Translations under genes and position numbers: made by a program | IMG/VR virus record: IMGVR_UViG_3300025121_000038 | Location: 1 to 64,000 of that record | DNA length: 64,000 bases | Source of the DNA: a virus | Strand: one strand, 5' to 3' | The notes under the pieces: generated by a model | The model's database searches: none | Told to the model about the DNA's origin: nothing | What the model saw: the letters and a program-made list of their open reading frames with translations, nothing else | Part shown: positions 1-10,319 of the stretch, piece by piece | How the letters are laid out: each line of letters begins with the position of its first letter | Numbering within the stretch: the stretch's first letter is position 1

Positions 1-239
1 GCTATCGTTATGAAGGTCTTTACAAAACCATGTTCGACCTTCATGCATATAGGCCCGTTGTAAATGACGTTCGGCTTGTGCAAGTTTTTTTGTTCGTTTA
101 CACTCGATGTATTTTTGGACTTCTACTAAAACATGACCAGCATACTCCCAGAAACCTGGATCTGATCCCCAGGTACTAAATCTTTCCAATTTCTTACACA
201 TCGTAAAAATTTCTTGGTCAGTCATAACTTTTATCCTTT

Positions 240-587
240 TCAAAAAGCTTTAGTAATAAGAACCTTTTTCATATCCAGCCATCGAGGGCCATTAGGGTAA
301 TAACCGCCTATCACAATACGGCGATATGTGTCTCCCTTCTTGATCTTATTGTTGTGGTCTTTTCGGGCCACTTGAATTGTAGACCTACGAATAGTCTGTA
401 CTTTAGAACCAGTACCACACTCAGAACATTTCATAGTATCGAGATCATTTCCTTCCCATGACCCAGTCCCGCAGACACACTCATACTTCTCAAGACATGA
501 ACAGTCACGTTCAGAGGCATGATACCTGTCTCCACATCTGCCACATGTATTATAAAAAGAATTCCAATCAGGGGGTAGGTTAGACAT
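240..587 (-). CDS. Cys-rich (Zn-binding) hypothetical phage protein
   Basis: 115-aa ORF with several CxxC/CxC pairs; GAGG RBS and promoter motif upstream. Confidence 0.6.
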   Translation of the reverse strand: MSNLPPDWNSFYNTCGRCGDRYHASERDCSCLEKYECVCGTGSWEGNDLDTMKCSECGTGSKVQTIRRSTIQVARKDHNNKIKKGDTYRRIVIGGYYPNGPRWLDMKKVLITKAF

Positions 588-622
588 GATGTAACCCTCA
601 AATGTTTATTTATTATTTAGTC

Positions 623-649
623 AACGATTTTATGAAAATCGAAATCAGA
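623..649 (-). promoter_or_regulatory. Putative phage promoter motif TCTnA-N18-CGTT (first of 16 copies)
   Basis: Minus strand reads TCTGATTTCGATTTTCATAAAATCGTT; same spacing at 15 other sites (see findings). Confidence 0.7.
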
Positions 650-754
650 GAGTTTTAGAATAGATACTGAACTTTTTAATGTGTTGTTATCCTTTTATAT
701 TTATATTTCTTAGTTAAGACAGGGTGTGCCTGAAAACAAAATACAAGGATATGT

Positions 755-1111
755 ATGACAAAGGATAGATTGTTAAAGTTAACGGCAGAAATTAATAGAT
801 TTGCAGCGGAAGACATCAAAAAACATTTGAATTTCTCTGGGTTTGAAAGAAAAGCATTTCCAGAATCAGAATGTACTGAACCAGATAAAAGGGAAAAAGG
901 TATCTACAAGGCTTCCACTAATTATGTATGCTATTGTATAGACTCAAGATTTAAAGATCAAGCTTATGTTAGAATATTGATCCCTTATGTTTATAAAGAA
1001 AGTAAAGAAGTATTCTATGGTTGGGAAGACAAAGATGGAAACATTTTTGGACACTTCGAAAAAGAAGTAAATATTGAGGATCAAATAGTAATAGCTTGGA
1101 AAAAGATTTAA
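755..1111 (+). CDS. Hypothetical protein
   Basis: 118-aa ORF with AAGGA RBS; one of few plus-strand genes. Confidence 0.6.
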   Translation: MTKDRLLKLTAEINRFAAEDIKKHLNFSGFERKAFPESECTEPDKREKGIYKASTNYVCYCIDSRFKDQAYVRILIPYVYKESKEVFYGWEDKDGNIFGHFEKEVNIEDQIVIAWKKI

Positions 1112-1416
1112 AAATAATTTCTGAAATAGACCTTAAGCACTGGGTCCAAAATTTCTGGATCAATTCTCTCAACTCCATAGCTTACCAGTGTATTCCTATT
1201 TCTATAGAACCAATCATAAGATATGGCATATAAATTTATATGCAGATGATGATCATCTTTATTCCATACTATTTGTACATAATTTTCGGTCTGTCCTATT
1301 TGAGAATACTCTGGTACAGAATGTTGTTTAAAACATTCAAATAATAACCTTAAAGGACGCTCGTAACCTAAGAAATAGTTGGAGGTGTTTACGTGGATGG
1401 AGATTTCGGTGTGCAA
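1108..1416 (-). CDS. Hypothetical protein
   Basis: ORF in a tightly packed minus-strand run. Confidence 0.5.
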   Translation of the reverse strand: MHTEISIHVNTSNYFLGYERPLRLLFECFKQHSVPEYSQIGQTENYVQIVWNKDDHHLHINLYAISYDWFYRNRNTLVSYGVERIDPEILDPVLKVYFRNYF

Positions 1417-1423
1417 ATATGAG

Positions 1424-1657
1424 TCACTTTAGATATTGAGGGTCTACACCAAACGATCTACCTTTTGTGAAATTCTGCTTGTATAAAGGTATGTTTGGGT
1501 CAATATGGATTGGGAACTTTTGTCGGATCATATGACCCCAGTCAGGCTTACCTTTCATCTTTAATCTTTCAACATACCTTCTATATTGTCTGCTAGTATT
1601 AGCTTCGTCATATAGCTCATATTGTTGTTCAACTGTTTCTGTCTGTGTGTTTTCCAT
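1424..1657 (-). CDS. Hypothetical protein
   Basis: 77-aa ORF with AAGGA RBS. Confidence 0.55.
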   Translation of the reverse strand: MENTQTETVEQQYELYDEANTSRQYRRYVERLKMKGKPDWGHMIRQKFPIHIDPNIPLYKQNFTKGRSFGVDPQYLK

Positions 1658-1702
1658 TTAACTATCCTTATGTATGGGTTACATTGATAGAATAGTCAAA
1701 TT

Positions 1703-2125
1703 TCAGTTCCATATACAAACTAAAATTTCTATATCTGTATCATCAAAAATCTGATGTATCTTTTCTCTAACTTGACCCCATTGTAGCCTGTCCAAGCCAC
1801 ATCCTATCTTTGGCATGGCTATTTTCTTAATATTATTCTCTATAACCTGCTTTTTCATTAAATGAAGGGTTGCTTCTAATGATTGAAGAGTAGGCTTGCC
1901 ACTGCTTCTAGATTTGGTAATAAGGTTGAATATACGGCCTGTCAAAATACAAGTAGGATTATCTGTAGACAGGCCCGTGTGTTCAATTTTGGATCGTAAA
2001 GAAAACTTCTTTTGCATGGGAACGGCTATACCAGCCCCCATCCGTAAATCCGAAGCTATACAATGAGCAAGGTAATAGTCTTCATTAACGGTAAAGATGT
2101 CTTTATACTTTTCTTGGTAGTTCAT
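1703..2125 (-). CDS. Macrodomain ADP-ribosylhydrolase (TARG1/Poa1p/DarG-like)
   Basis: Motifs LAHCIASDLRMGAGIA, IFNLITK and IAMPKIGCGLDRLQW are typical of TARG1-type macrodomains. Confidence 0.85.
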   Translation of the reverse strand: MNYQEKYKDIFTVNEDYYLAHCIASDLRMGAGIAVPMQKKFSLRSKIEHTGLSTDNPTCILTGRIFNLITKSRSSGKPTLQSLEATLHLMKKQVIENNIKKIAMPKIGCGLDRLQWGQVREKIHQIFDDTDIEILVCIWN

Positions 2126-2640
2126 AAAATTCTGGTCTCATTATTTCGTTCGGGTAATTCAAAAAGATCTGTTGTCAACGTGCCTACTGCCATATCATAA
2201 CATTGTTCGTTTCTGTGTTTTGCACGACTACTTCTATATCTTCGAAAAGTAATTTCATCGCATCTTCTAACTCTCCATCTATACCAAGTAGCTATCTCTA
2301 ACAAAACTTTTGTATCGGGACAATCTTCAGGTATTAAAATTTCAACTTCATGAATACGGTATAAATTTGAAACGCTACGAGTATTAGGCCACTCTATGGC
2401 ATTACATCTAAGTAGCTTTAAGCTAGGACTGTATTCTGTTTTTAAACTATTATAAAGACCTAAAGAAGGCGAGTTAGGCTCTCTATAAAACAACAGATAT
2501 TTGAAAAACCACATCTCGTCCGTTAGTGGGTCTACTAGACGTTCTTTGACTTGTATATCACAAAAAACCTTCAATGGGGTTCTTTCTCGAGATGTATCAG
2601 CCAAGAAAGTGGAATTATTATCCTTATCCGAGCATGACAC
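2122..2640 (-). CDS. Hypothetical protein
   Basis: ORF with ATGA overlap onto the macrodomain gene; start uncertain. Confidence 0.5.
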   Translation of the reverse strand: MSCSDKDNNSTFLADTSRERTPLKVFCDIQVKERLVDPLTDEMWFFKYLLFYREPNSPSLGLYNSLKTEYSPSLKLLRCNAIEWPNTRSVSNLYRIHEVEILIPEDCPDTKVLLEIATWYRWRVRRCDEITFRRYRSSRAKHRNEQCYDMAVGTLTTDLFELPERNNETRIL

Positions 2641-2904
2641 TTAGAACATACAACATGATCCCCTAAGTGTCCTACATCGTCTAATTTAATGTCTTGTATA
2701 GTGTAGACAAGTGTTAAACCACACTCACAATTAACTCGTTTCTCTGGATATTCTATATACAAAATTTAATCTCCATCCCTGCCCATATGGGGAATTTTCT
2801 TCGCATCACACTTTTCAAGAAGTGCCCTCTGCCCAAGAAAAATCAGTTACAAAGTCTCGAACCTTGTTCTCCCAAGAGAGCTCCAAGTAAGCTAACTGAG
2901 GAAA

Positions 2905-3243
2905 TTAAACTAGACCTTTTTGAAGCTTATATTCAATAATAGCGTCTCTGGCCTCTTGTACCGCTCTATTCATCTCTTCCCAATTCACATCTACTCTATC
3001 ATTTGCAGTCCAAGACACGTTTTCTAAGGTAACGGTCATCACTATATTAGCATTTGCTTCTTTTCTTATTTCGACAGCTAGTTTGCCAGTCTTTTGACCT
3101 ACAAGTTTTGCTTTCCATTTAAGACGATCCTCTCTACTCATATTGGAGGTATAAACTCCAAGAGGAGCCCCGTCTGCCGAAATGGACTTCCAATCGTCTA
3201 TAGGCATTGTTTTTTCTGTCTTGCCCCAAAATAACAATCCCAT
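2905..3243 (-). CDS. Hypothetical protein
   Basis: 112-aa ORF coupled to the upstream ORF. Confidence 0.6.
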   Translation of the reverse strand: MGLLFWGKTEKTMPIDDWKSISADGAPLGVYTSNMSREDRLKWKAKLVGQKTGKLAVEIRKEANANIVMTVTLENVSWTANDRVDVNWEEMNRAVQEARDAIIEYKLQKGLV

Positions 3244-3554
3244 TATTTATCCTCATATTTGAAAAAGTATGCATACCCTCTTGAGGTATCTAGCATATTA
3301 CTTGATCCATCTTCCTCACACCACTCATGTTTATACCATGCATAATGTCCATCTCCAGAGAAAAATCCAGGGTCTTTACCCTCAAAACCTTCAAAGGTAC
3401 TTTCTATACTATGAGTTTCATATTTAAGTCTTATGTCTCTCATATTGTCATCTTTTGCCCAAAAGACTACGAATTTTTCTCCAGGTTTTAATTGGAATAA
3501 TTCAGAAATGGGTAATTCAGGTCGTGAAGATTTAGAAGGATGTTGGACTGACAT
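3243..3554 (-). CDS. Hypothetical protein
   Basis: 103-aa ORF in operon-like run. Confidence 0.55.
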   Translation of the reverse strand: MSVQHPSKSSRPELPISELFQLKPGEKFVVFWAKDDNMRDIRLKYETHSIESTFEGFEGKDPGFFSGDGHYAWYKHEWCEEDGSSNMLDTSRGYAYFFKYEDK

Positions 3555-3561
3555 CTATTAC

Positions 3562-3882
3562 TCACTCTAAAAGTTTGGTAAAATCTACACCATTACAATC
3601 GAACTTACAACTTCGTACAGATTCCCACGTAATTTCAGATGTATGATAATCTCCGCCTCCGGGACACATATTGATCTTCAGGGTGTCTAAGAGTTCAGAC
3701 AATTCAAATAATTGTACAAAGGTCAAATCACGCTTGAGTTCTGTAAGTTCAAATTTCAGATGTCCTTCAGGACCATAGTATAAAATTTCAATGGGAGTTC
3801 CTCCAAAGAAATTGCCCAAAACATAGGCAATCTTACGAAGATCCTTTTCATAATTGGTTTCAACCAGATATTGGCGTTTCAT
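3562..3882 (-). CDS. Hypothetical protein, tandem paralog of 3924..4217
   Basis: Shared motif EGHLxFxLTxL...QLxxLSxLLxTxKI...PGG...CKF.C..VDFTK. Confidence 0.7.
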   Translation of the reverse strand: MKRQYLVETNYEKDLRKIAYVLGNFFGGTPIEILYYGPEGHLKFELTELKRDLTFVQLFELSELLDTLKINMCPGGGDYHTSEITWESVRSCKFDCNGVDFTKLLE

Positions 3883-3923
3883 GACAATCCCATACTTGTT
3901 AGACTAACCTTCTAAATTTTAAT

Positions 3924-4217
3924 TCAAATTTTTGTGAAATCCACATCTTGACAATAAAATTTGCATGTATGGGTTTGTGTCCATTTGAATTTTTCTCCGC
4001 CAGGTTGAAATTGGATTTTTCTAGTATTTAGAAGGTCGGATAGCTGAGACAATTGATCAATACTCAACTTTTCATAAAGATCTGTTAATTTAAAAGTCAA
4101 ATGTCCTTCTAGAGTATACTCTAGGATGACCACAGTGGCGTCGTTAAAAAGGTTACTAATGACGGCTTCTACCTTTTTAATATTGATCTTAGGCCCTGTT
4201 TCTTTAGAAGACTTCAT
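3924..4217 (-). CDS. Hypothetical protein, tandem paralog of 3562..3882
   Basis: Shared motif as above. Confidence 0.7.
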   Translation of the reverse strand: MKSSKETGPKINIKKVEAVISNLFNDATVVILEYTLEGHLTFKLTDLYEKLSIDQLSQLSDLLNTRKIQFQPGGEKFKWTQTHTCKFYCQDVDFTKI

Positions 4218-4278
4218 AATTGATATCCTGTATTAAGGTTATTTTATTATCAACGTATGAAGTATGTCTGACATAAGA

Positions 4279-4590
4279 TTATTTCTTGATTCCTCTATGA
4301 TATTCTTTATGCCATGCTTTTACCAGGTTCTCTATATGACTTCGTAGATTATCATCTATATTAAGCAGTGATAAACTCTGTACCGTTGAATCTCGACAAA
4401 ATAAAAGTATCCTCGCTCTATGAGCTTTATTCTCTACCCTGGAGGCAGATTTCATAAGCTCAAAGTAATTGGTAAGGTACCTACCTACTTTTTGCCTGAC
4501 ATGTTTTCTTTGCTTCTCATTTACTATTTCGGCTATGATGTTGGATATAGATCTGGAAACAGGCATTCCACCATGAGTGTACGGATCCAT
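4279..4590 (-). CDS. Hypothetical protein, paralog of 26186..26491
   Basis: RARILLFCRDS vs RQRIAILCRDE; strong GGAGGAG RBS. Confidence 0.65.
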   Translation of the reverse strand: MDPYTHGGMPVSRSISNIIAEIVNEKQRKHVRQKVGRYLTNYFELMKSASRVENKAHRARILLFCRDSTVQSLSLLNIDDNLRSHIENLVKAWHKEYHRGIKK

Positions 4591-4592
4591 GT

Positions 4593-4823
4593 TTACTCCT
4601 CCTTTTCATTCTTGTTCTGGGTACGCGGACGTCCAGCTATAACAAATTTGCGAGACAAATGACTCGTTCGTCTCTCACAACGAGATATTCTACGTTTCCA
4701 CTTAGCCCTTGAACGAGCAACATGTGTTGAATTACACCCCGCTCCTGGGTTACTGTTTTCCCATCTCGGACCATGCTCTGTCCGCTTTTCGTCGCCTGTC
4801 CTTGGGTTATTTCTATTACTCAT
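4593..4823 (-). CDS. Small basic hypothetical protein
   Basis: 76-aa Arg/Lys-rich ORF directly after rtcB. Confidence 0.55.
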   Translation of the reverse strand: MSNRNNPRTGDEKRTEHGPRWENSNPGAGCNSTHVARSRAKWKRRISRCERRTSHLSRKFVIAGRPRTQNKNEKEE

Positions 4824-4826
4824 GCC

Positions 4827-7220
4827 TTACCCTTTATATGTCATAATCGGCTTGAGACTAGCCACTGGGGCTATGAGTCTGGCCTTTACTTGAGCCTCTA
4901 TGACAGGGCCTATAGGTTTATATGCGTCTGGCCTTTCTTCTATAATACGATCTTCATTGAGGGTTATACACTCGAAACATCGTTCTTCATTATGCTCTTG
5001 AGAAGAACCTTTACGTCCCATCTCAAATCTTGTTTTAGATCGCCCAGCTCCATGAGAACATGATGATACATAATCTTGATTTGCTCGTCCTATCATTAGA
5101 TAGGATCTGTCCCCCATAGAGCCTGGTATCAAAACTGGTTGTCCAAGATGAGCTGGAGTGGCACCTTTTCTATGTACATTCATGTTGTCTTCTTGAAAGA
5201 CAACATTGTGGGGCAAATCATATATAAGAGGAGCTTCCATATCTCCAAATATTTCTCTCACTCGGATCCTTATCAACTCTGCCAGCAACAGTCTATTCAC
5301 ATATGCATAATTTGCAGCAGTATGCATAGCCGTTAGATAATTAGAAACTGCCTCGCCGTGCAGAGGAAAAATTCCAGAAGAAGGATATTTCTTGTCTTTA
5401 GGCCATTGTTCTTTAGCTATTTCTGACCATCTACGCCCAATATGATTGCCTACAGCTCTTGAACCAGTATGCAACATGAATGTGATTTGTCCAGGTTTAA
5501 TGCCCCATTGGTATGCTATAGAATTATCAAATACTTCATCTACTACCTGGAACTCTGCAAAATGGTTCCCACCACCAAGAGTCGCTAAACTGCCGTCTCG
5601 AATATATTGGCGATCCTCAGGAAGCAAATCCTCGGGAGCGTATTTTTTATCCCCTATTTCACTTCCACGACGATATATTTTAGATAACTCTTGAGCTATT
5701 TGATCAAGGTTAGATTTTGCAAGCGTACCTAATGTCTCTTTGGATGATTGTCGTATATCATCTAACCAAGCTTCTACACCCCACTCAAATATATTAGACA
5801 TGGCACTCAAAGTCATAGGAAAATCTCTTGTGCCTAAAAGCAAATCACCTTTCAATAGAGAGGTTAGTTCTTTCTTACCCGACATAAATCTGTCTAAAGC
5901 TAAGTCCATGATATGCAAACGCATTCCGCAATTATGAACAAATACTCCGGCAGACAGAGCAAAATTTTCATGTTCTGGAACTCGTAAACAATAAACAGAT
6001 TCTTTTTCCTCTAGAATTTCTACAGCCAACACTTTATGATTTGTGCCATCACTTTCAGTGGGTTTGCATCTATTCACATGATTTCGTACAAAAAATCCGC
6101 TTCGGCCTTGTTTACCACAATGAGGACAAGTGCGATATCTAAGAGCAACTTCAGAACTTTTGGCTTTTCCTTTTTCACTCAAATTATAAGCTTCTAAATA
6201 TTGCTTACCTCGTTGTCCAGCTTTAGAGCATGCTTCTGCCCATTCCTCTTTTCGTTCAGTCCTATATGCTATTAAATTTTTGGTTCCTCGTTTAGAATAA
6301 AACTCATAACCTTCTGGAGTCTGAGCTTTCTTTTTTATGGCGTCTAATCTCTTTTGTTCAAATTCTGGAGATTGCCAAACTTCGTTCCTACATTCTAGAG
6401 TGTGGTATCTTCTATGATCTTTATGACCCATAAATTTCAAATTTTCTGGGCTATTATTTGCTTTATCAAAATTGATATGATGAATAATGGTTTTTTGCCC
6501 ATCAAACGAGGGTATGGGACCTAAAACATTCGTTCTAGCTAACGCCCAATGAGACCTTTGCCACTTATTTAAATAAGGCTGTTTTACAAGAACGTATCCG
6601 TCTTTGTCCTTTTCACTATAGAAAGGCATCAAAGAATCTGAAACTTTCAAATCTCTCGCTTTCACCCAAGATCCATCTCTTCTCATGAATAGGTGGTCTG
6701 ACGTACACTTAATATATTGGTTATTATCTAAAGTTATTTTTAGAAGAGAAGCATCATCTCGTGTTTTTATAGCTGTTGCTTTAGATCCTGTAATTTTATG
6801 ATCTGTTGTAATAGACCACACCCAAAATTCTCCCCCATGCTCAAATAATTCTTGTAAAGTCTTTTCTGTTCCATCCAGTAAGGGAATTTTTGTGTCTCCT
6901 GTAAAACAGTTTATATCCGTGCCCGTTGCTTGGGGTATGACTATTTCTTCGTCGGTAGCTATAACAGACCCTATAGGTACAACGTCACCTGGATGGAAAT
7001 CCGGAGTGGCACATGCTTTGACCACGACTCCTCCGTCAGGGTGACGGACAGAAGCAAAATTGATGAGTTGATCAACCGCCTTCTTCTCTAATGGTAAGCC
7101 GTCAGGGAGGAGAATACGTATAGTCGGATGCAAATCCGACGTAATAAAATAGACGTCACCATCTCTTTCAAGTTGGATTCCGTCTTTAAGATATGCTTTT
7201 TTAATTCGGTCAAATGACAC
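4827..7220 (-). CDS. rtcB: RtcB-family RNA ligase containing an intein
   Basis: Motifs PDFHPG..PIG, DIN/CG, TLGGGNHFAE, HTGSR, HN, HRKGA, IPGSMG, SHGAGR, E.P.AYK and C-terminal YKG. Confidence 0.92.
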   Translation of the reverse strand: MSFDRIKKAYLKDGIQLERDGDVYFITSDLHPTIRILLPDGLPLEKKAVDQLINFASVRHPDGGVVVKACATPDFHPGDVVPIGSVIATDEEIVIPQATGTDINCFTGDTKIPLLDGTEKTLQELFEHGGEFWVWSITTDHKITGSKATAIKTRDDASLLKITLDNNQYIKCTSDHLFMRRDGSWVKARDLKVSDSLMPFYSEKDKDGYVLVKQPYLNKWQRSHWALARTNVLGPIPSFDGQKTIIHHINFDKANNSPENLKFMGHKDHRRYHTLECRNEVWQSPEFEQKRLDAIKKKAQTPEGYEFYSKRGTKNLIAYRTERKEEWAEACSKAGQRGKQYLEAYNLSEKGKAKSSEVALRYRTCPHCGKQGRSGFFVRNHVNRCKPTESDGTNHKVLAVEILEEKESVYCLRVPEHENFALSAGVFVHNCGMRLHIMDLALDRFMSGKKELTSLLKGDLLLGTRDFPMTLSAMSNIFEWGVEAWLDDIRQSSKETLGTLAKSNLDQIAQELSKIYRRGSEIGDKKYAPEDLLPEDRQYIRDGSLATLGGGNHFAEFQVVDEVFDNSIAYQWGIKPGQITFMLHTGSRAVGNHIGRRWSEIAKEQWPKDKKYPSSGIFPLHGEAVSNYLTAMHTAANYAYVNRLLLAELIRIRVREIFGDMEAPLIYDLPHNVVFQEDNMNVHRKGATPAHLGQPVLIPGSMGDRSYLMIGRANQDYVSSCSHGAGRSKTRFEMGRKGSSQEHNEERCFECITLNEDRIIEERPDAYKPIGPVIEAQVKARLIAPVASLKPIMTYKG
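5931..6908 (-). mobile_element. Intein (326 aa) with HNH-like endonuclease in RtcB
   Basis: Starts CFTGDT, has block B CTSDH, ends VYCLRVPEHENFALSAGVFVHN before the +1 Cys; internal IHHINFDKANNSPENL HNH motif. Confidence 0.92.
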
Positions 7221-7427
7221 GGTTTAACATCTCTAAAGGTTTTATAGAGATGTTAAACGAGGTGGGAGTATTAAAAGTTAGAAGATATCAGAATATAAAA
7301 AGGCCACCCATATGGGCCACATTAAAATATAGGAACATGTATTGTAGGTCAAACTATTACTAATATTGCATGTGGAAGCTTCTTAATGCATATGTAAAGA
7401 CGAGTAGAAAAGCTAGATTTTGTAAAT

Positions 7428-7799
7428 CTATTTGGAGAGGATTAATTTTATCTCTTCTAGGTTCATTTCCCAAACAGACCCATGTTCTTGTTCATAGGCT
7501 CTTATCTTCATCGCATCCTCAAATGAAAAATGATCCCCTTGTTTATTGATCGTGACTTGAAACATTTTCAAGTCATCCTGGTGCATCGGACGTATGTCTA
7601 TGACTTCGCCTTCTTCTAATCGAGAAGACCAGTCTAATACGCCACCATTTTGGTCTACAGCTATGAAACTATGATATCTAAGACACTGTGTCTCTTGTTC
7701 ATTTATAACATCTTCCAATCTAGTATGTTGTGATCCAGAATGATAGATATAACAGGTCCTAGGTCTTCCATTGAAATTGAGAGTGCAGGTTTTAGTCAT
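7428..7799 (-). CDS. Hypothetical protein
   Basis: 123-aa ORF overlapping the upstream gene end. Confidence 0.55.
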   Translation of the reverse strand: MTKTCTLNFNGRPRTCYIYHSGSQHTRLEDVINEQETQCLRYHSFIAVDQNGGVLDWSSRLEEGEVIDIRPMHQDDLKMFQVTINKQGDHFSFEDAMKIRAYEQEHGSVWEMNLEEIKLILSK

Positions 7800-8310
7800 T
7801 TTTCAACCTTTGGAGGATATTTTCAAAAATGGAAGGAGATACAGTAATGGTATTTGTGATACCATCTTTAGTCTTTTGTACAAGAACAACATTATTGTCT
7901 CTGGTTCCACAGTATACAGAACACTCAGGGTCAGAATAGAGGACCGTTTTCTGATTGAAGTCTTTCTGAGACTTCAATATTTTAAGATGCTCTTCTAATT
8001 TTTGAATGTCTTGACAAATTGTCTCTCGTTTACGAGCAAACATTAAAAATTCGGGCATACCCAAATCATTTTCACTATCTGGTAAAAGAACTTTAATTCT
8101 CTCATTAGCAGAAGTACTCTGACCAGGTGTTGCAAGTCGGAGATACTGCCCCAAATGTGGACTTGCATCCTTGTTCTCCCACGAAACTATATACTGGTCC
8201 ATTCCTCCGATAGAAGATCGGATTCGAAGTATTTCTCCGAGACCGTAAGGATTTGTTTCCCGCTCTGTTCTACCAAAAAATACTTTATCACCGACTTTAA
8301 AACTGTCCAC
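7792..8310 (-). CDS. Hypothetical protein, paralog of 18930..19454
   Basis: FK(V/I)GD start, NxxxKVLLP and LxQKT shared. Confidence 0.65.
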   Translation of the reverse strand: MDSFKVGDKVFFGRTERETNPYGLGEILRIRSSIGGMDQYIVSWENKDASPHLGQYLRLATPGQSTSANERIKVLLPDSENDLGMPEFLMFARKRETICQDIQKLEEHLKILKSQKDFNQKTVLYSDPECSVYCGTRDNNVVLVQKTKDGITNTITVSPSIFENILQRLKND

Positions 8311-8463
8311 AAAAACTCTCTCTTTCTAATAAGATATAAGTAAATAGATAAATGTCTGCACCCCTTTTTGCAGTTTACGACATTGATGCGCACCTAGCCT
8401 TATGTGGGGGATGGAGGATTTGTACCTCCGCTGCTCCTCTTGCAAAGGAACTCAATGTCACAT

Positions 8464-8844
8464 TTATTCTTTTCTTTCAAGAAGGTCTTTATCAACTATG
8501 TTGTTTCCTTTTGCTTCATTACACTCTGCACACATGGTTTGATAATTGCTTAATATATTCTTACCTCCTCTGGATTTAGGGACAATATGGTCTTTTGTCA
8601 TCAAAATATCTTCAGTAGTGTACAAGTTGAAATGAGCTGAAATAGACTCAGGGTCAGTCTTTTGCAACTTCATAACTATACCAACACACCCACAAGCTAC
8701 ACATATAAGGCTTTTTTTGAACAACTCATACCGTTGAGAATACGTTTTGACCCTATGACCTTCAATAAGAAGATATTTCTTCTTTGTTTTCAGTTTTCTT
8801 AGAGTTTTATCTACAGGAAATTCACATAGAGTAATATATGCCAA
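8464..8844 (-). CDS. HNH endonuclease
   Basis: CVACG ... TKDHIVPKSRGGKNILSNYQTMCAECNEAKGN. Confidence 0.85.
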   Translation of the reverse strand: MAYITLCEFPVDKTLRKLKTKKKYLLIEGHRVKTYSQRYELFKKSLICVACGCVGIVMKLQKTDPESISAHFNLYTTEDILMTKDHIVPKSRGGKNILSNYQTMCAECNEAKGNNIVDKDLLERKE

Positions 8845-8946
8845 AAGCCATCTCCAAGTTTATATTTTCATATTTGTCTGTGGACAATCACATTATTACG
8901 TATGGAGATAGGTATAACCTGAAAGACGCCGCATTGGACGACTCGC

Positions 8947-9375
8947 TTAATCAAGAGAATTTATCAAATCTCCAAGTTCTGCCAAAACTTTCAAGCTACC
9001 ATCTTCTTTGAGTAAACCATATATTTCACGAGCCTCAGCGATCACTTCTCTGACATCATCTGGAGTGTAAATTAGATCAAATGAATCATCCCTATCGCTA
9101 AGTCTTTGGAGTCTATCCATTATAACGAGCGCTCTTGTATGAATTTGTTCTTTCAAGTCAAATCGAATCAGTCTTTCCTCTAAGTATTTGATCTGATTAA
9201 GAGTTATTCGTTTGCTGTAATCTGTGTAGCTTTCGTTATTAGGACAATTCAAATATCTCAAACTTTCATTAAGGTCTCGAGGCCAAGTACCATCTTCCAT
9301 AGCACTTAAACGGTCACGTTCTATATCCAAAGATTCTTGGGTTCCCTGACGTGTGGTTAAATCTGTGATGGCCAT
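8947..9375 (-). CDS. Hypothetical protein
   Basis: 142-aa ORF, AAGGA RBS, promoter motif at 9419-9445. Confidence 0.6.
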   Translation of the reverse strand: MAITDLTTRQGTQESLDIERDRLSAMEDGTWPRDLNESLRYLNCPNNESYTDYSKRITLNQIKYLEERLIRFDLKEQIHTRALVIMDRLQRLSDRDDSFDLIYTPDDVREVIAEAREIYGLLKEDGSLKVLAELGDLINSLD

Positions 9376-9458
9376 GGTTTTCCTTATTTTAAATAGGGAC
9401 TTTTATTCTTGTAAAGTTAACGTTTGATGTTTTTGACAAATAAGAATAAAAACAGATT

Positions 9459-9680
9459 TTAAAGGAAGTCTTTAAGGTATTTATGATTTTTACAAGTATG
9501 ACACAACTCATCCAGTACATACCCTTCAGATCTACGAAAAGACCATCCCTCCTCTGTCAAACATTTAGCAATTAAGTCCCAGGTATTCATCATTTCTTCT
9601 TGTGGAGATCTTCTGTCCATAAAGATCAACTTTTGACATGTTACACAGGTTATAATGAGCTCTGGGCTTAATAAAATCAC
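9459..9680 (-). CDS. Hypothetical Zn-binding protein
   Basis: Two CxxC pairs. Confidence 0.5.
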   Translation of the reverse strand: MILLSPELIITCVTCQKLIFMDRRSPQEEMMNTWDLIAKCLTEEGWSFRRSEGYVLDELCHTCKNHKYLKDFL

Positions 9681-9952
9681 GCTTCATCTTTCATTTCGTA
9701 ACAAAGCCTAAAAGTAAATTCTGTTATGGTCACTACATCATTACCATCTCCTGATTGATATTTTACCCACCCATCTTGACAGCTTACTATTTTCGCTTGC
9801 AAAGCTATATCCGGACACACTGATCCTTTCACCGACCATACCTGATTTTCACGTATAGGACATAACTCACTCGGTACGAATATTTTATCTTTTGACTGAA
9901 ATATTTTACGAAATAGATTTCTCATTAACTCAGTCATTCTTAATCCTTTCAT
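9677..9952 (-). CDS. Hypothetical protein
   Basis: ORF with GTGA overlap. Confidence 0.5.
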   Translation of the reverse strand: MKGLRMTELMRNLFRKIFQSKDKIFVPSELCPIRENQVWSVKGSVCPDIALQAKIVSCQDGWVKYQSGDGNDVVTITEFTFRLCYEMKDEA

Positions 9953-10010
9953 TCCATGAAATTATCCGTTACGTCATTGATATCAATGTCTTCTGATCTT
10001 AATAATCTTA

Positions 10011-10319
10011 CTAGTCAGGCATACATTTCGTACACCACCAATAACTCCAATTAAAATGGATCCACCCAATAGAAAAGGAACAATGTGGGCCATCGTAATA
10101 AGTGTGTTCCGGCCCTAGTATAAAATATTTAGTCAAAGAAACATTGAAATAATTACTACAAGATTGCCATTCAGGCTTCTCACTTTTATGGAAGATGACC
10201 TGACGTTGTAAAGAAATTGAAAAAGCTACCACTTCAACTATCCATCTCCAACCACGGAGACCTACATTATCAAATTCTACCTTGTCTTCATGTGTCTCTC
10301 TGAATTTACACAAAATCAT
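10011..10319 (-). CDS. Hypothetical protein
   Basis: ORF with ATGA overlap to the exonuclease gene. Confidence 0.55.
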   Translation of the reverse strand: MILCKFRETHEDKVEFDNVGLRGWRWIVEVVAFSISLQRQVIFHKSEKPEWQSCSNYFNVSLTKYFILGPEHTYYDGPHCSFSIGWIHFNWSYWWCTKCMPD

